Below are positions 29,986 through 38,876 of a DNA stretch of 64,000 bases, piece after piece; position 1 is the stretch's first letter; every line of letters starts with the position of its first letter. The notes beneath the pieces were generated by a model. That model saw only the letters and a program-made list of their open reading frames with translations. It searched no databases and was not told where the DNA came from. This stretch comes from a virus. Taxonomy: Duplodnaviria > Caudoviricetes. The stretch lies in IMG/VR virus record IMGVR_UViG_3300027884_000039, positions 1-64,000 of that record. The stretch is one strand, 5' to 3'. A program made the position numbers and the translations under genes.

Positions 29986-30216
29986 TTAAGATAGCGTCCG
30001 AAGCACTTTTGTTAGTTGGCTAATCGCATACTGAATGTCTGCTTTCATCCCTTCGGTATCATAGCCTGATTCATTCTTTGTAAAGGCGTTGATAATAATA
30101 GCAGAGATTGGATCGCTGTTAGCATCGAATGTATCTTCTAATACTTGGTCACATAGATTGGCAGCATGGGGAATACCCATATCCTGGCCGACGAATAATT
30201 CTTGTAATGTTGGCAT
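29986..30216 (-). CDS. Hypothetical protein
   Basis: Start reassigned to MPTLQEL after an A-rich leader. Confidence 0.55.
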   Translation of the reverse strand: MPTLQELFVGQDMGIPHAANLCDQVLEDTFDANSDPISAIIINAFTKNESGYDTEGMKADIQYAISQLTKVLRTLS

Positions 30217-30286
30217 TGTTGAATAATTTAGCACCACTATCCGGGATCGAACCGGTTGACATGCCATGATCATGTAGTGGTTGGTG

Positions 30287-30523
30287 TTATATGGGTACAG
30301 CCCACAGATCACCATCCTGTTCCAAGGTGTATTGGTGGCCGTCAATGGTTATCATTGCATGCTGTAGCACATCCTCCCATGCTTCCCAATAATCAACGTG
30401 GTCAATATCCAATTTCTGTAGGATGGAGAGATCAATACCCGTTACATCCTTGTAGTACATACGTGCAAACTGCTGCGGGATGTAGACCCCTTTGTTTTCG
30501 TCTAGCAATAAAATGCGGTCCAT
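30287..30523 (-). CDS. Hypothetical phage protein (LLLDENKGVYIPQQFA...WEAWEDVL...LEQDGDLWA)
   Basis: Recurrent phage-family pattern. Confidence 0.7.
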   Translation of the reverse strand: MDRILLLDENKGVYIPQQFARMYYKDVTGIDLSILQKLDIDHVDYWEAWEDVLQHAMITIDGHQYTLEQDGDLWAVPI

Positions 30524-30770
30524 AGTGTTATGATTTAGCGGATGAACAAATAATGAATCCTTGTGCATGTAACAGGTCAATGCGCTTTAATTCGATGGCA
30601 TCCATGTCAACGCCTTCACTAAGTAATAAACGGATAACAGCACTGGTGGCAAAACTATCATAAGTTGTCGGCCAAGGAAGAAAAAGACTACGGCGATTAG
30701 TGGATAGTGAGGTATAGGATAATTCGCGCTTACGCAAGGCTGTGAATACTTGTTTCATATCAGGGGTGTT

Positions 30771-30962
30771 TTAGAATGTGAAATCAATTTCTACCATCGT
30801 CCCTTTCTTGCGTTCTCCGAAGGCATTGACATCGTCGAATGCATAGTAGCTGTACTTGCGCGTAAAACGATTATAACCGTCATACACATATACTTTCTGT
30901 TTGCCTGGAAAGCGGAAGTATATGCCTTTCGGTAGTTTATTTATTTCTTGTGTCATGTGCAT
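30771..30962 (-). CDS. Hypothetical protein (LPKGIYFRFPGKQKVYVYDGYNR)
   Basis: Recurrent small phage-protein pattern. Confidence 0.65.
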   Translation of the reverse strand: MHMTQEINKLPKGIYFRFPGKQKVYVYDGYNRFTRKYSYYAFDDVNAFGERKKGTMVEIDFTF

Positions 30963-30967
30963 GTGAT

Positions 30968-31105
30968 TTATGATTTAAGAATATCCGCACATTGTAGTAA
31001 TAGAATGAGCTTGCGTGCCCAATCGTTTGCTTCATTGTGCTTGCCACACATTTTGTATGCGATTGCTTTAGCGAGTGCAGTTGCAATCTCTTTACGGTCT
31101 AGCAT
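30968..31105 (-). CDS. Hypothetical protein (MLDRKEIATALAKAIAYK)
   Basis: Start after a ctcattaaaacatacaatc leader. Confidence 0.6.
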   Translation of the reverse strand: MLDRKEIATALAKAIAYKMCGKHNEANDWARKLILLLQCADILKS

Positions 31106-31463
31106 GATTGTATGTTTTAATGAGTCACTACTTACAGTCACGAACTGATTGTCGGCCATACAGTTACGTTAGTATTGCCAATGTAGTGGTCCGCTTTATT
31201 TCACAATGAACTGCCTGCAATATACAACGATAGTTATATAAAGTATAACAAAGTATAACTTTTATTTTTGAAATTACATGGAAACACCTATTGTATGATG
31301 CTACAATGTGCTTGCAGAAGTGGGAAATATTGCGTAGTATTGTAATAGGATAAGAGGACGGCAATATGGCGCTGTCCTCGGTTTAATGGTCTATAGGCAA
31401 GCTGGTTGGTAGCATTTTAAAGCGAGGTCAATCCCCTGGACATTGCAAGGTTCGGGGGATTTT

Positions 31464-31814
31464 TTATTTAGCAGCGCAGATATCTGTCATGCATTGATTC
31501 AATTCATCCACAATTCTCCGCCCTTTCAGTGTGATTGAGTAATAGCCCCAACGCTTATAGTGAGTACATATAATGTATTCCAGGTCAAGCAATCGAGTAA
31601 TAGATGCTGAATACCTGGGCATCCAAATGCGATTGCGAATAGCGAGCATTATTTCTTTTGTTCGCAATCCTTTCTTAGCCTCTTTTAAGGCATTTAAGAC
31701 CATGACATCTAAATCGTTAAGAATTGTATGGTGAGTTGCGTTCGTCTTGTCTATTGCCATTGGAAGGCTGCAAGCGTACGTTATTGGTGTGATAATGGTA
31801 ATTACCGGGTGCAT
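31464..31814 (-). CDS. MarR-like winged-helix protein
   Basis: SITRLLDLEYII...YYSITLKGRRIV. Confidence 0.7.
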   Translation of the reverse strand: MHPVITIITPITYACSLPMAIDKTNATHHTILNDLDVMVLNALKEAKKGLRTKEIMLAIRNRIWMPRYSASITRLLDLEYIICTHYKRWGYYSITLKGRRIVDELNQCMTDICAAK

Positions 31815-32124
31815 GAACCGTACAACGAATTGTAATTATGAAATAATACCTCATTGTGTCATACTGACGCAATGAGCGTCCAGACATAAAAAAACCCTAC
31901 GATAGGGTAGGGGAGCGGGTTGTATCGCTTTGTGTCATGACATAATTGCTAGTTAACATAACAATAATTATCAGCCAACATATAAGCATACACGAAATTG
32001 CTTTTGCTCGCATGATAATCACCGTTATAAGCCAGGAATTCTTTTCAGGCTGAAATCCTTCGACCCCACCCGGTCGAAAGGAACGCGTTTTCCCCCTGGA
32101 CGCGGCCCCCGGCTTGCTGCCATA

Positions 32125-32469
32125 TTATCCCAACCCTTCATCCCGCCACAATTTATCAACTTCCCGTCTTTCTGTTTGTCCATACTCGATAATCAACCTA
32201 ATGAATTCCTTTAATAGTTCATGATGGCTACCAAAGCCTTTCCCGGCGCATTCGTCGATCATCTTAGCCACTCCTGAGGCGACGGCATTGAAAAATATTG
32301 TGAGCCCCTTTTCATTTACATTTCCTTTCTCGTCTCGGAATAGGGCAAGTAACCGTTTTGGCTCCATTGCAATATCGCCGATGTATGTAATATTTCCAAA
32401 GGCGCCACTCTCGTCGTTATACAACCCCTCCATTATACATGATACCGTGAATCTTGCTTTCACTTCCAT
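32125..32469 (-). CDS. Hypothetical protein
   Basis: ORF. Confidence 0.65.
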   Translation of the reverse strand: MEVKARFTVSCIMEGLYNDESGAFGNITYIGDIAMEPKRLLALFRDEKGNVNEKGLTIFFNAVASGVAKMIDECAGKGFGSHHELLKEFIRLIIEYGQTERREVDKLWRDEGLG

Positions 32470-32473
32470 GGTC

Positions 32474-32827
32474 TTAATTTTGCGATGGTTTATCCCCCTT
32501 GGTCCTCACTTCCCGATAAGTACACTTCTCGTCAAGCGCTTGGCGCACCTCAGTCATAAATCTTTCCATAATAGTCTCTCGATCATTCCAGCCCGCTAAT
32601 TCACTTTGTTGTATCGCTGCTGCGAGTCCATTAGCGATAACATGCAAGTAGGTGGCAACGGACCCCTGCGTTATGCGCGGATGAAGTGGATCACCTTGAA
32701 TTTCCTTCATGACGTCCGGATCATCTGCGACAACCGTAAATCCCTTGGTCAACACCATCTCTTCGTCAGTAGTCGGATCGAAATTGATGATCAGTACTGT
32801 TTTAGCAAGTAACTCTATTTTAATCAT
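32474..32827 (-). CDS. Hypothetical protein (similar architecture to the neighbouring 32125 gene)
   Basis: ORF from MIKIELL. Confidence 0.6.
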   Translation of the reverse strand: MIKIELLAKTVLIINFDPTTDEEMVLTKGFTVVADDPDVMKEIQGDPLHPRITQGSVATYLHVIANGLAAAIQQSELAGWNDRETIMERFMTEVRQALDEKCTYREVRTKGDKPSQN

Positions 32828-32861
32828 GGCTATTATAAAGGTAATAAAAAAATCAATACGA

Positions 32862-33308
32862 TCACTCCTCCGGATAAGTCGGCCCATCCGGCTTCGGGTC
32901 TTCCTCGTCGGACTCTTGGGGGCGCTTCTCCTCAAACAGTCGGTACCCCTCACTATGCAGATCACACACTGTGCGGAGCCTTTGTTCTCCCTTCACACGC
33001 CGTTTACCAGGTGCGCCGCATACTTCACAGGTTTGGAGCGAGCGGCGTTCGGCTCTACGCAAAGCTTCCCACATGGGTTCAGTCATACCATTGGTATAGA
33101 ACCGCAGCAACCCAAACTTCTCTTTGATCTGGCAAATTTCCTTATTCCAGCCCAGGGCGATCAACTCTTCGATGAGATCATGGATAAGCTGTAGCCAGCC
33201 GCCCCCACATTCACATATATTAGTAGTGATTGGAGGCCGATCGGCATAATGGCCATTGACCAGGCCGCCGATAGAGACCAGCCAGGCTTCGAACTGTTCA
33301 GTAGTCAT
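32862..33308 (-). CDS. Conserved phage protein (GW..LI..L...QIKEKFGLLRFY...CEVCG)
   Basis: Characteristic QxKEKFGxLRFY motif and C-terminal Zn-ribbon. Confidence 0.8.
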   Translation of the reverse strand: MTTEQFEAWLVSIGGLVNGHYADRPPITTNICECGGGWLQLIHDLIEELIALGWNKEICQIKEKFGLLRFYTNGMTEPMWEALRRAERRSLQTCEVCGAPGKRRVKGEQRLRTVCDLHSEGYRLFEEKRPQESDEEDPKPDGPTYPEE

Positions 33309-33651
33309 ATGTTGCAGGGTGTTGATTATCGTCTTCTGGATCGAGATATGGTGTCGGTTTTTCGCTCGCAAATTTAGCACGAATATGATTCCAAAATGCT
33401 ATGTCAATTTGGCTGGACATGGGGATCGGGGGGTCCGACCAGGTACCAGTAAGGATTTTTAGGCAGCGCTTGCAGCAAAAGAGATCGGCTGTTCGTGCTC
33501 CCTCTCGGGTATACTCTCGACATTGGGTTGTCTCCCGCAAAGGCCCCTTCCAGCCACATTCACAGGTCAGGTTGGTGCCCTCTGAGGGTGTTTTGTATTC
33601 CTTATAGGTGCTAGACTTTGTTAAGGGACTAGGGGTTTTCTGGAAAGGCAT
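33298..33651 (-). CDS. Zn-finger hypothetical protein
   Basis: CECG...CCKRC. Confidence 0.55.
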   Translation of the reverse strand: MPFQKTPSPLTKSSTYKEYKTPSEGTNLTCECGWKGPLRETTQCREYTREGARTADLFCCKRCLKILTGTWSDPPIPMSSQIDIAFWNHIRAKFASEKPTPYLDPEDDNQHPATYDY

Positions 33652-33699
33652 GCTGATTTGTTTTTGCGAAGATACGATTAAATTGCTTTTTTCATGTGT

Positions 33700-34205
33700 G
33701 TAACAAAAACTACACACATAATGTTACAAAATACGCAGTGTTTAATCTGAAACGCCCTATTCTTTGATTTAGAAGCTATTACTTTTTTTTTTCTAATATG
33801 CTATATGTTTAGTTTGTAACAGTTAAATAAGTAATAATTAATGAGTTATATTAATTGTTTCAAAGTATACAGATGAAATAGTGTATATATCGCAGGAGAG
33901 AAGAAAGAAGAAGAGAGGAAAAGAGTAAAAAATAGGTATAATTAAGTAGTATGTAATCTATAGTAGTATATATAAATAAATGTAATATAAAAGTAAAAAA
34001 AAATAAGTAGTAAATAAAAAAATAAGTAGGTTGCCGGCTTTTTTATCTGTGTAGTTTGTAACAGGGCCAAAAAAAACACGTAACTAATTGATTATCAACC
34101 ACTATAATGTTACAAACTACACGAAAATTCATGTGTATAGTTTGTAATTTCATGTGTGTAGTTGAGTGTGTAGTTTGTAACACCATGTGTGGAGTTTGTA
34201 ACACG
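33700..34205. repeat. AT-rich non-coding region with 14-bp iteron-like repeats (GTGTAGTTTGTAAC); candidate origin
   Basis: Copies at 34049, 34168 and 34189; variants at 33811 and 34134; inverted copies at 34109 and ~33723. Confidence 0.7.
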
Positions 34206-34364
34206 GGGTGTTTCAGGATCAATCGGTTACCTATGGCGGCTTTAGACCATACAATGAATTTTTTAAAAAACCTTGGTATAAATTGATTATCATTAAAATA
34301 TATCCTGTAAATTTATTGGGTAATTCGGGTCGTCCGATTTTCGCATAACCATCACCTTCATTCT

Positions 34365-34724
34365 ATGAATCATTGCAAACTCACGGCTGTCGTGCATCAC
34401 ATGGTCCCAATGGTCGAAGGCAAGCGGATTTCTATTCTAAAATTCACGGTCTGTAATACCGAAAAAGTACCCAATCCGATCACAGAAGACCTGGATGTTT
34501 TCGAAACCTGGGTATCTTGTACCTGGTATAATCCTCCAGAGGCCATTTTAAGCCAATTCAAGCCCCGATCGGTGGTTCACCTGGAGGGAAGGGTCTACGT
34601 GGACTTCTTTGGGCGTAGAAATGACTCTATAGGGCGAGGGTTGTGTATGGTGGTCGAACGGGGTCACTGGAGGAGTGATCGCCCCGTTAGATCAGACCCC
34701 TCGACCAATGAACAGACAGATTGA
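34365..34724 (+). CDS. ssb: Single-stranded DNA-binding protein (OB fold)
   Basis: LKFTVC..E...TWVSCTWY...FKP.SVVHLEGR. Confidence 0.7.
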   Translation: MNHCKLTAVVHHMVPMVEGKRISILKFTVCNTEKVPNPITEDLDVFETWVSCTWYNPPEAILSQFKPRSVVHLEGRVYVDFFGRRNDSIGRGLCMVVERGHWRSDRPVRSDPSTNEQTD

Positions 34725-34816
34725 CAGGTTTCCCTCGTTTGACAAGGCAAAACCATACAATGAAAACTACAACGAATAGCACAACAAACCATACAATATA
34801 ACCATACAATGAAAAA

Positions 34817-34848
34817 TTTGCTTGTTTTACCCATAATTTATATTATTG
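34817..34848 (+). promoter_or_regulatory. Probable Bacteroidota sigma-A promoter
   Basis: TTTG-N20-TATTATTG (one mismatch to TAnnTTTG). Confidence 0.45.
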
Positions 34849-34849
34849 T

Positions 34850-35071
34850 ATGATGACTGAAGAGCCTACCCACTACGACGACCTAGTGATTGATGAGGTG
34901 CATTTCTCCGAAGGGGGAATGAAGATTTTATGGCAGGGCAAGGTGGGGTTCGGCGAACTCTGCTTGATGGCCCAACCAGGAGGCCGGGTGTATATTGATC
35001 ATGAATTCATGGGGGAGGAGTTCTGTAAGGCGGTCCTAGCCAAGGTCATTGATAAATATTATACCATATGA
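34850..35071 (+). CDS. Hypothetical protein
   Basis: ORF. Confidence 0.65.
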   Translation: MMTEEPTHYDDLVIDEVHFSEGGMKILWQGKVGFGELCLMAQPGGRVYIDHEFMGEEFCKAVLAKVIDKYYTI

Positions 35072-35430
35072 TGGCTCCTGATCAACTCATCCGGTTTCGT
35101 GAATTGCTGACCAGCCTAGAGGCGGATTGTCCCTTGAATGACGACGAATTGGAGGCTGTCAGTAACCCGCTCTTTTGCGAGGAGTGGGTAGAAGCGATCG
35201 GCGGGGGTACGATGAAAAAGACCTGTACTGCGCTCAATTACTTGCGGGACATCATTGTCAGGTATCAATTCACTACGGTTGAGGAGTTGCTGGCTTATTT
35301 TAGGCTCAAGCGCGAAGAGATGATAGCCTTATTCCGGAAGTGGGAGATCATGACACCTAAGGAACTGGAAGCTGAGCGTAAAGCCCGTTGGGCTCGACTA
35401 GACAAGTTTAGGCAATCACTATTCAACTAA
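35068..35430 (+). CDS. Hypothetical protein
   Basis: Coupled ORF. Confidence 0.65.
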   Translation: MMAPDQLIRFRELLTSLEADCPLNDDELEAVSNPLFCEEWVEAIGGGTMKKTCTALNYLRDIIVRYQFTTVEELLAYFRLKREEMIALFRKWEIMTPKELEAERKARWARLDKFRQSLFN

Positions 35431-35434
35431 GGAT

Positions 35435-35911
35435 ATGACTGAAGAACTAATCACCTGGCCAACAGCGAAGCTGGCGAAGGAAAAGGGCTTTGACCTGGAA
35501 ACGAGGGATTGTTTTGAATGGTATATATATGAAGGAAAAGAATACGGACCCTACGTCGTCGATCCGATTACGCCTGAATGGTTGGCCCACCTGCCTAAGG
35601 AATCACGAGAAGCGATAGTCAATCGGCCCGGTTTATTTTTGAACTCACGAAAAGAGGGTTTTTTAGCACAGTGGCTCTGGCGCCGACCCACCCAGGACCT
35701 GCTCGCGCGATGGCTGCGGGAGGTGCATGGATTGAGTGTCGGTGTTTATGAATATGAGGACCAGACATGGCAGTGGATTATTCAGAAGATGCATACACAA
35801 ATAGAACATAGTGTATTACCAGAGGATATTACCGGAAAACCAGGTAGTAGTCCGACCCATGAACTCGCCCGCGAAGCCGCCCTTTATCACGCTTTAACAT
35901 TACTATCATGA
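35435..35911 (+). CDS. Conserved Bacteroidota phage protein (TAKLAKEKGF...RPTQ..LARWLRE)
   Basis: Recurrent motifs. Confidence 0.75.
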   Translation: MTEELITWPTAKLAKEKGFDLETRDCFEWYIYEGKEYGPYVVDPITPEWLAHLPKESREAIVNRPGLFLNSRKEGFLAQWLWRRPTQDLLARWLREVHGLSVGVYEYEDQTWQWIIQKMHTQIEHSVLPEDITGKPGSSPTHELAREAALYHALTLLS

Positions 35912-36297
35912 CATTCCTGTATTGGTTTATAGCTATCTATTTCATGTCCGTCATTACGGTACTCAGTATTATCGACGAATTGTTAAAAACGTCAAAACTT
36001 TCTGACGGGGAGAAAGAGGTAGGTAGATGGGCAGCGCCATGGGTCCCCGTCATCAATTTCATGATCACCGTAATCTGGGGCTTTCACAAATTGATGTGCA
36101 TCTATGAACGGTGGGAGGAAAGGAAACATCAACGAAAAGAAGCTAGGCGACTAAAAAAACATGAAGAGCGGTCACACCGATTCATGCTAATGTCAGATGA
36201 AGAAAGGGAAGCTGAAATAGTGAAAATCAATGCCAAAGAGCCCGGCACCATTATTAAAGAATTAGACTGGGATAAAGTCGATGAAACCGAAGAATAG
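35908..36297 (+). CDS. Membrane protein, paralogue 1
   Basis: Two TM segments; PVINF motif. Confidence 0.7.
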   Translation: MTFLYWFIAIYFMSVITVLSIIDELLKTSKLSDGEKEVGRWAAPWVPVINFMITVIWGFHKLMCIYERWEERKHQRKEARRLKKHEERSHRFMLMSDEEREAEIVKINAKEPGTIIKELDWDKVDETEE

Positions 36298-36311
36298 CAT
36301 CTGCCACATCT

Positions 36312-36395
36312 ATGTATCCGGGGCCGATGTTTTATAAATCTTATGACGTGGCAGCGGAAGCTGCCATCAATCACGCTTTAACAATATTACCATGA
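36312..36395 (+). pseudogene. Remnant copy of the 3' end of the 35435 gene
   Basis: SYDVAAEAAINHALTILP* matches THELAREAALYHALTLLS*. Confidence 0.6.
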
Positions 36396-36775
36396 CTATA
36401 TTCCTGTGGTGTACGGCGATCTACTTCATTAGTCTACTGGTCATGCGTAGCGTGATGGAAGAGGCCTTGGATATGCTCCAGTACGATGAGGAATGGAAAA
36501 GAAATATCCTGCGGTCCTTGGTTCCTTTGTTGCCCATCGTTAACACGATCTCTTGCCTTTTTTGGTGTGAGCAGCGTATCAGGCGCTGGTGGCGCAACCG
36601 CAAAGAGCGCAGACTCGTTAAGAAGATCAACAAGATCAATGCGAAAAATGGAGTATGCTCATTAGAAGAGTTCGCGGCGATGAGCGATGAAGAGCGCGAG
36701 CAGTATGCGGCATGGGTGAACGAGCATACGGACGGGCGAGTTAAGATATGGAAGGAGGGGACCAAGAAACCATGA
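36392..36775 (+). CDS. Membrane protein, paralogue 2
   Basis: MTIFLWCTAIYFISL vs MTFLYWFIAIYFMSV; PIVNT motif. Confidence 0.7.
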   Translation: MTIFLWCTAIYFISLLVMRSVMEEALDMLQYDEEWKRNILRSLVPLLPIVNTISCLFWCEQRIRRWWRNRKERRLVKKINKINAKNGVCSLEEFAAMSDEEREQYAAWVNEHTDGRVKIWKEGTKKP

Positions 36776-36799
36776 TGCTTATCTATCATTTAGATTGGA

Positions 36800-37177
36800 A
36801 TGCAAATTAATCGCCACATATATGTAGTAGGCACCAACACTGAAGGTCGTCATGGGATGGGAACCGCACGCGTTGCCCAACTCAAGCACGGCTTAATGTA
36901 TGGTTTTAGTCGGGGATTGTGCGGCGATACCTACGCGATCTGTACCAAGGATTTACGAATCGGGAAGCGGAGTATTCCATTAATTGATATCGAGGCGCAA
37001 TTAGCCCGAATGTTCAGCGGCTATGTCCTGGTATATCCTCGTTGGATATACCACGTGCCCGCGATCGGATGTGGGCTAGCGGGGTACAGGCCCGAAGAGA
37101 TCGCGCCGATGTTCAAGGAGGTATGGGACTTGCCGAACCTGGACTTATGTGCTGAATTTAAAGCCATCTTAATATGA
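36800..37177 (+). CDS. Macrodomain-like phage protein (A1S_2505-like)
   Basis: YVVGTNTEGRHGMGTA...GLCGDTYAICTK...IGCGLAGY...IAPMF. Confidence 0.75.
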   Translation: MQINRHIYVVGTNTEGRHGMGTARVAQLKHGLMYGFSRGLCGDTYAICTKDLRIGKRSIPLIDIEAQLARMFSGYVLVYPRWIYHVPAIGCGLAGYRPEEIAPMFKEVWDLPNLDLCAEFKAILI

Positions 37178-37461
37178 CCAAGTGGAAGATGATCACAATG
37201 GCTGACGTAGCGGAGCGAGCGCAATCCAGTGTCTCAGCGGTATCCTATGTGATCAATAAGAAAGCGGTGGGCCGCACCAGGGTAGCGACAGCGACACAGG
37301 AAAGAATCTATAAGGCGATCGCGGAGTTGGGGTATACCAAGGAGCATAAAGGCGACAATGACTTTATGGAGCGTGCGTTCCTGGATTTTGCGGAGTTTTT
37401 AGGGATTCCAGGGCGGGAGGAGAAAGTCAAGACGTATATACGGTACAAATATGATAAATAG
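37174..37461 (+). CDS. LacI-type HTH protein
   Basis: TMADVAERAQSSVSAVSYVIN...TQERIYKAIAELGY. Confidence 0.85.
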   Translation: MTKWKMITMADVAERAQSSVSAVSYVINKKAVGRTRVATATQERIYKAIAELGYTKEHKGDNDFMERAFLDFAEFLGIPGREEKVKTYIRYKYDK

Positions 37462-37693
37462 ACCAAGAAAGATCAACTACCCAGCGGCAGCTAAGCGGTC
37501 CATTCCGACGCTCCTGGAACATTACATGAACAAGGAAGGCGTTAGCCAGGTGATCATGGCTACCATGATTGAGATGACGCCAGCGCAACTCAACAACATA
37601 TTGCAGGGCCGGCAAAACCCGAGCCGTCGCCTGTTAAAGGTACTGCATAGTAAGTTCAAGATTGATGGTAATCTGTTAATATCATTACTATGA
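37451..37693 (+). CDS. XRE-family HTH regulator
   Basis: SQVIMATMIEMTPAQLNNILQGRQNPS. Confidence 0.85.
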   Translation: MINRPRKINYPAAAKRSIPTLLEHYMNKEGVSQVIMATMIEMTPAQLNNILQGRQNPSRRLLKVLHSKFKIDGNLLISLL

Positions 37694-38004
37694 ATCCCCT
37701 TGAATATACCATTGCCCCAGGTAAGTTCCTGGCCATCTGGATCACGGGTTCAGCCCAGGGCTATATTGCTGAAGTGATCCAGGTAGAGCCCACGATCCTA
37801 AAGGTGATGGAATCCGGGCCCCTCGCCAAGCTGAAGGAAGAGGATTATATCATCCAGCGTATTGAATCAGCTACCTTGCAGCGTAATGACAAGTACGCCG
37901 AGCGCATGCTACGTAACAGGAAGAAACAGGGATTGCCCTTTATGTCCGGGCTGAAGAGCCTCGGAGTGACAGATAATTGTTTACATGAAATCTATCCACA
38001 ATGA
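37690..38004 (+). CDS. Hypothetical protein
   Basis: Coupled ORF. Confidence 0.6.
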   Translation: MNPLEYTIAPGKFLAIWITGSAQGYIAEVIQVEPTILKVMESGPLAKLKEEDYIIQRIESATLQRNDKYAERMLRNRKKQGLPFMSGLKSLGVTDNCLHEIYPQ

Positions 38005-38333
38005 AGAATTCACCTACACTGTCCAATGAAACCGTTCAACGTCTCAAGCAGCTTGCCGCGCGGATACAGCAGGCGATGGAGGAGAGGGGGATGGTGCCAG
38101 CCGAACTAGCCCGAAGAATGGGTGTGACGGATGCTTATGTCCGTCGGATTTTAAAGCATGGATTAAATATAAGCTTGGATATTTTGTGGCGATTCGAACA
38201 AGTGCTGGAGACGCCCTTGTTGACGCAAGGAACCTTTATTAGCATGACGCCTGAGCAGAACCGCCAAGCGGCCATCGGCCGCGTAATCGAAGAGCTCGTT
38301 AAATATATTGTCGATGATTCGCAAGGAAATTAA
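38001..38333 (+). CDS. XRE-family HTH regulator
   Basis: GMVPAELARRMGVTDAYVRRIL..NISLD.L. Confidence 0.85.
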   Translation: MKNSPTLSNETVQRLKQLAARIQQAMEERGMVPAELARRMGVTDAYVRRILKHGLNISLDILWRFEQVLETPLLTQGTFISMTPEQNRQAAIGRVIEELVKYIVDDSQGN

Positions 38334-38865
38334 GCCGATTGATTTTCCACCACAGGTACTGGCAAGTTATAGCGAAATCTTAGATTATTATTGCTATATG
38401 AATAAATGTAAGGTGGTCCATCTCAGCAGTAGCGCTAAGATTGCCCCATCGTCCATATCGGCTATGCGCAACGGGCACCATCCGTCCCCGCGTCTTGCTG
38501 ATTTTATGGTAGAACAAATGGGCGTGCCCAGGGAAGCATTGGACAAATTGGCTAGTATTGAAAAGCTGGCGTTGAGTCACCGAGAAATTAAATTGCATCC
38601 TATTGAATGGCCAGCGGAAAAGCTCACAGATTTCACCACTATCATCAGGCATTATTGCCATGTGATGGAGATAACACAATGGGAATTAGCTTATATGCAT
38701 GATTTTTCAAAATCATATATTTCGCAGTTGAATTCAGGGGTCATCGAAATCCCGAACATGCGTTTTCTCAAGATCATGCGCGATGTGATGGGAGTAGATG
38801 CAAATGTAATATTTGATCTGATAGAGTTTACGCCAAGCGATCCAGACAATAAAGAGCCTACTTAA
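38308..38865 (+). CDS. Double XRE-HTH protein
   Basis: Two internal repeats (SSISAMRNG / SYISQLNSG). Confidence 0.75.
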   Translation: MSMIRKEIKPIDFPPQVLASYSEILDYYCYMNKCKVVHLSSSAKIAPSSISAMRNGHHPSPRLADFMVEQMGVPREALDKLASIEKLALSHREIKLHPIEWPAEKLTDFTTIIRHYCHVMEITQWELAYMHDFSKSYISQLNSGVIEIPNMRFLKIMRDVMGVDANVIFDLIEFTPSDPDNKEPT

Positions 38866-38876
38866 AACCTAACCAT

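Larger units (their letters stand above)
23737..31159 (-). other. Array of about 22 small co-oriented early-type ORFs with hairpin/tRNA-like spacers
   Basis: ORFs at 23737, 23967, 24294, 24714, 24980, 25254, 25487, 25744, 26044, 26271, 26464, 26784, 27123, 27434, 27804, 28115, 28375, 29014, 29339, 29530, 29986, 30287, 30771 and 30968 (low ends), most with taaaac-type A-rich leaders. Confidence 0.8.

Noticed and set aside
33700-34820. CRISPR array
   Set aside because: The repeats are 10-14 bp, irregularly spaced, in both orientations and without unique 30-40 bp spacers; no cas genes.
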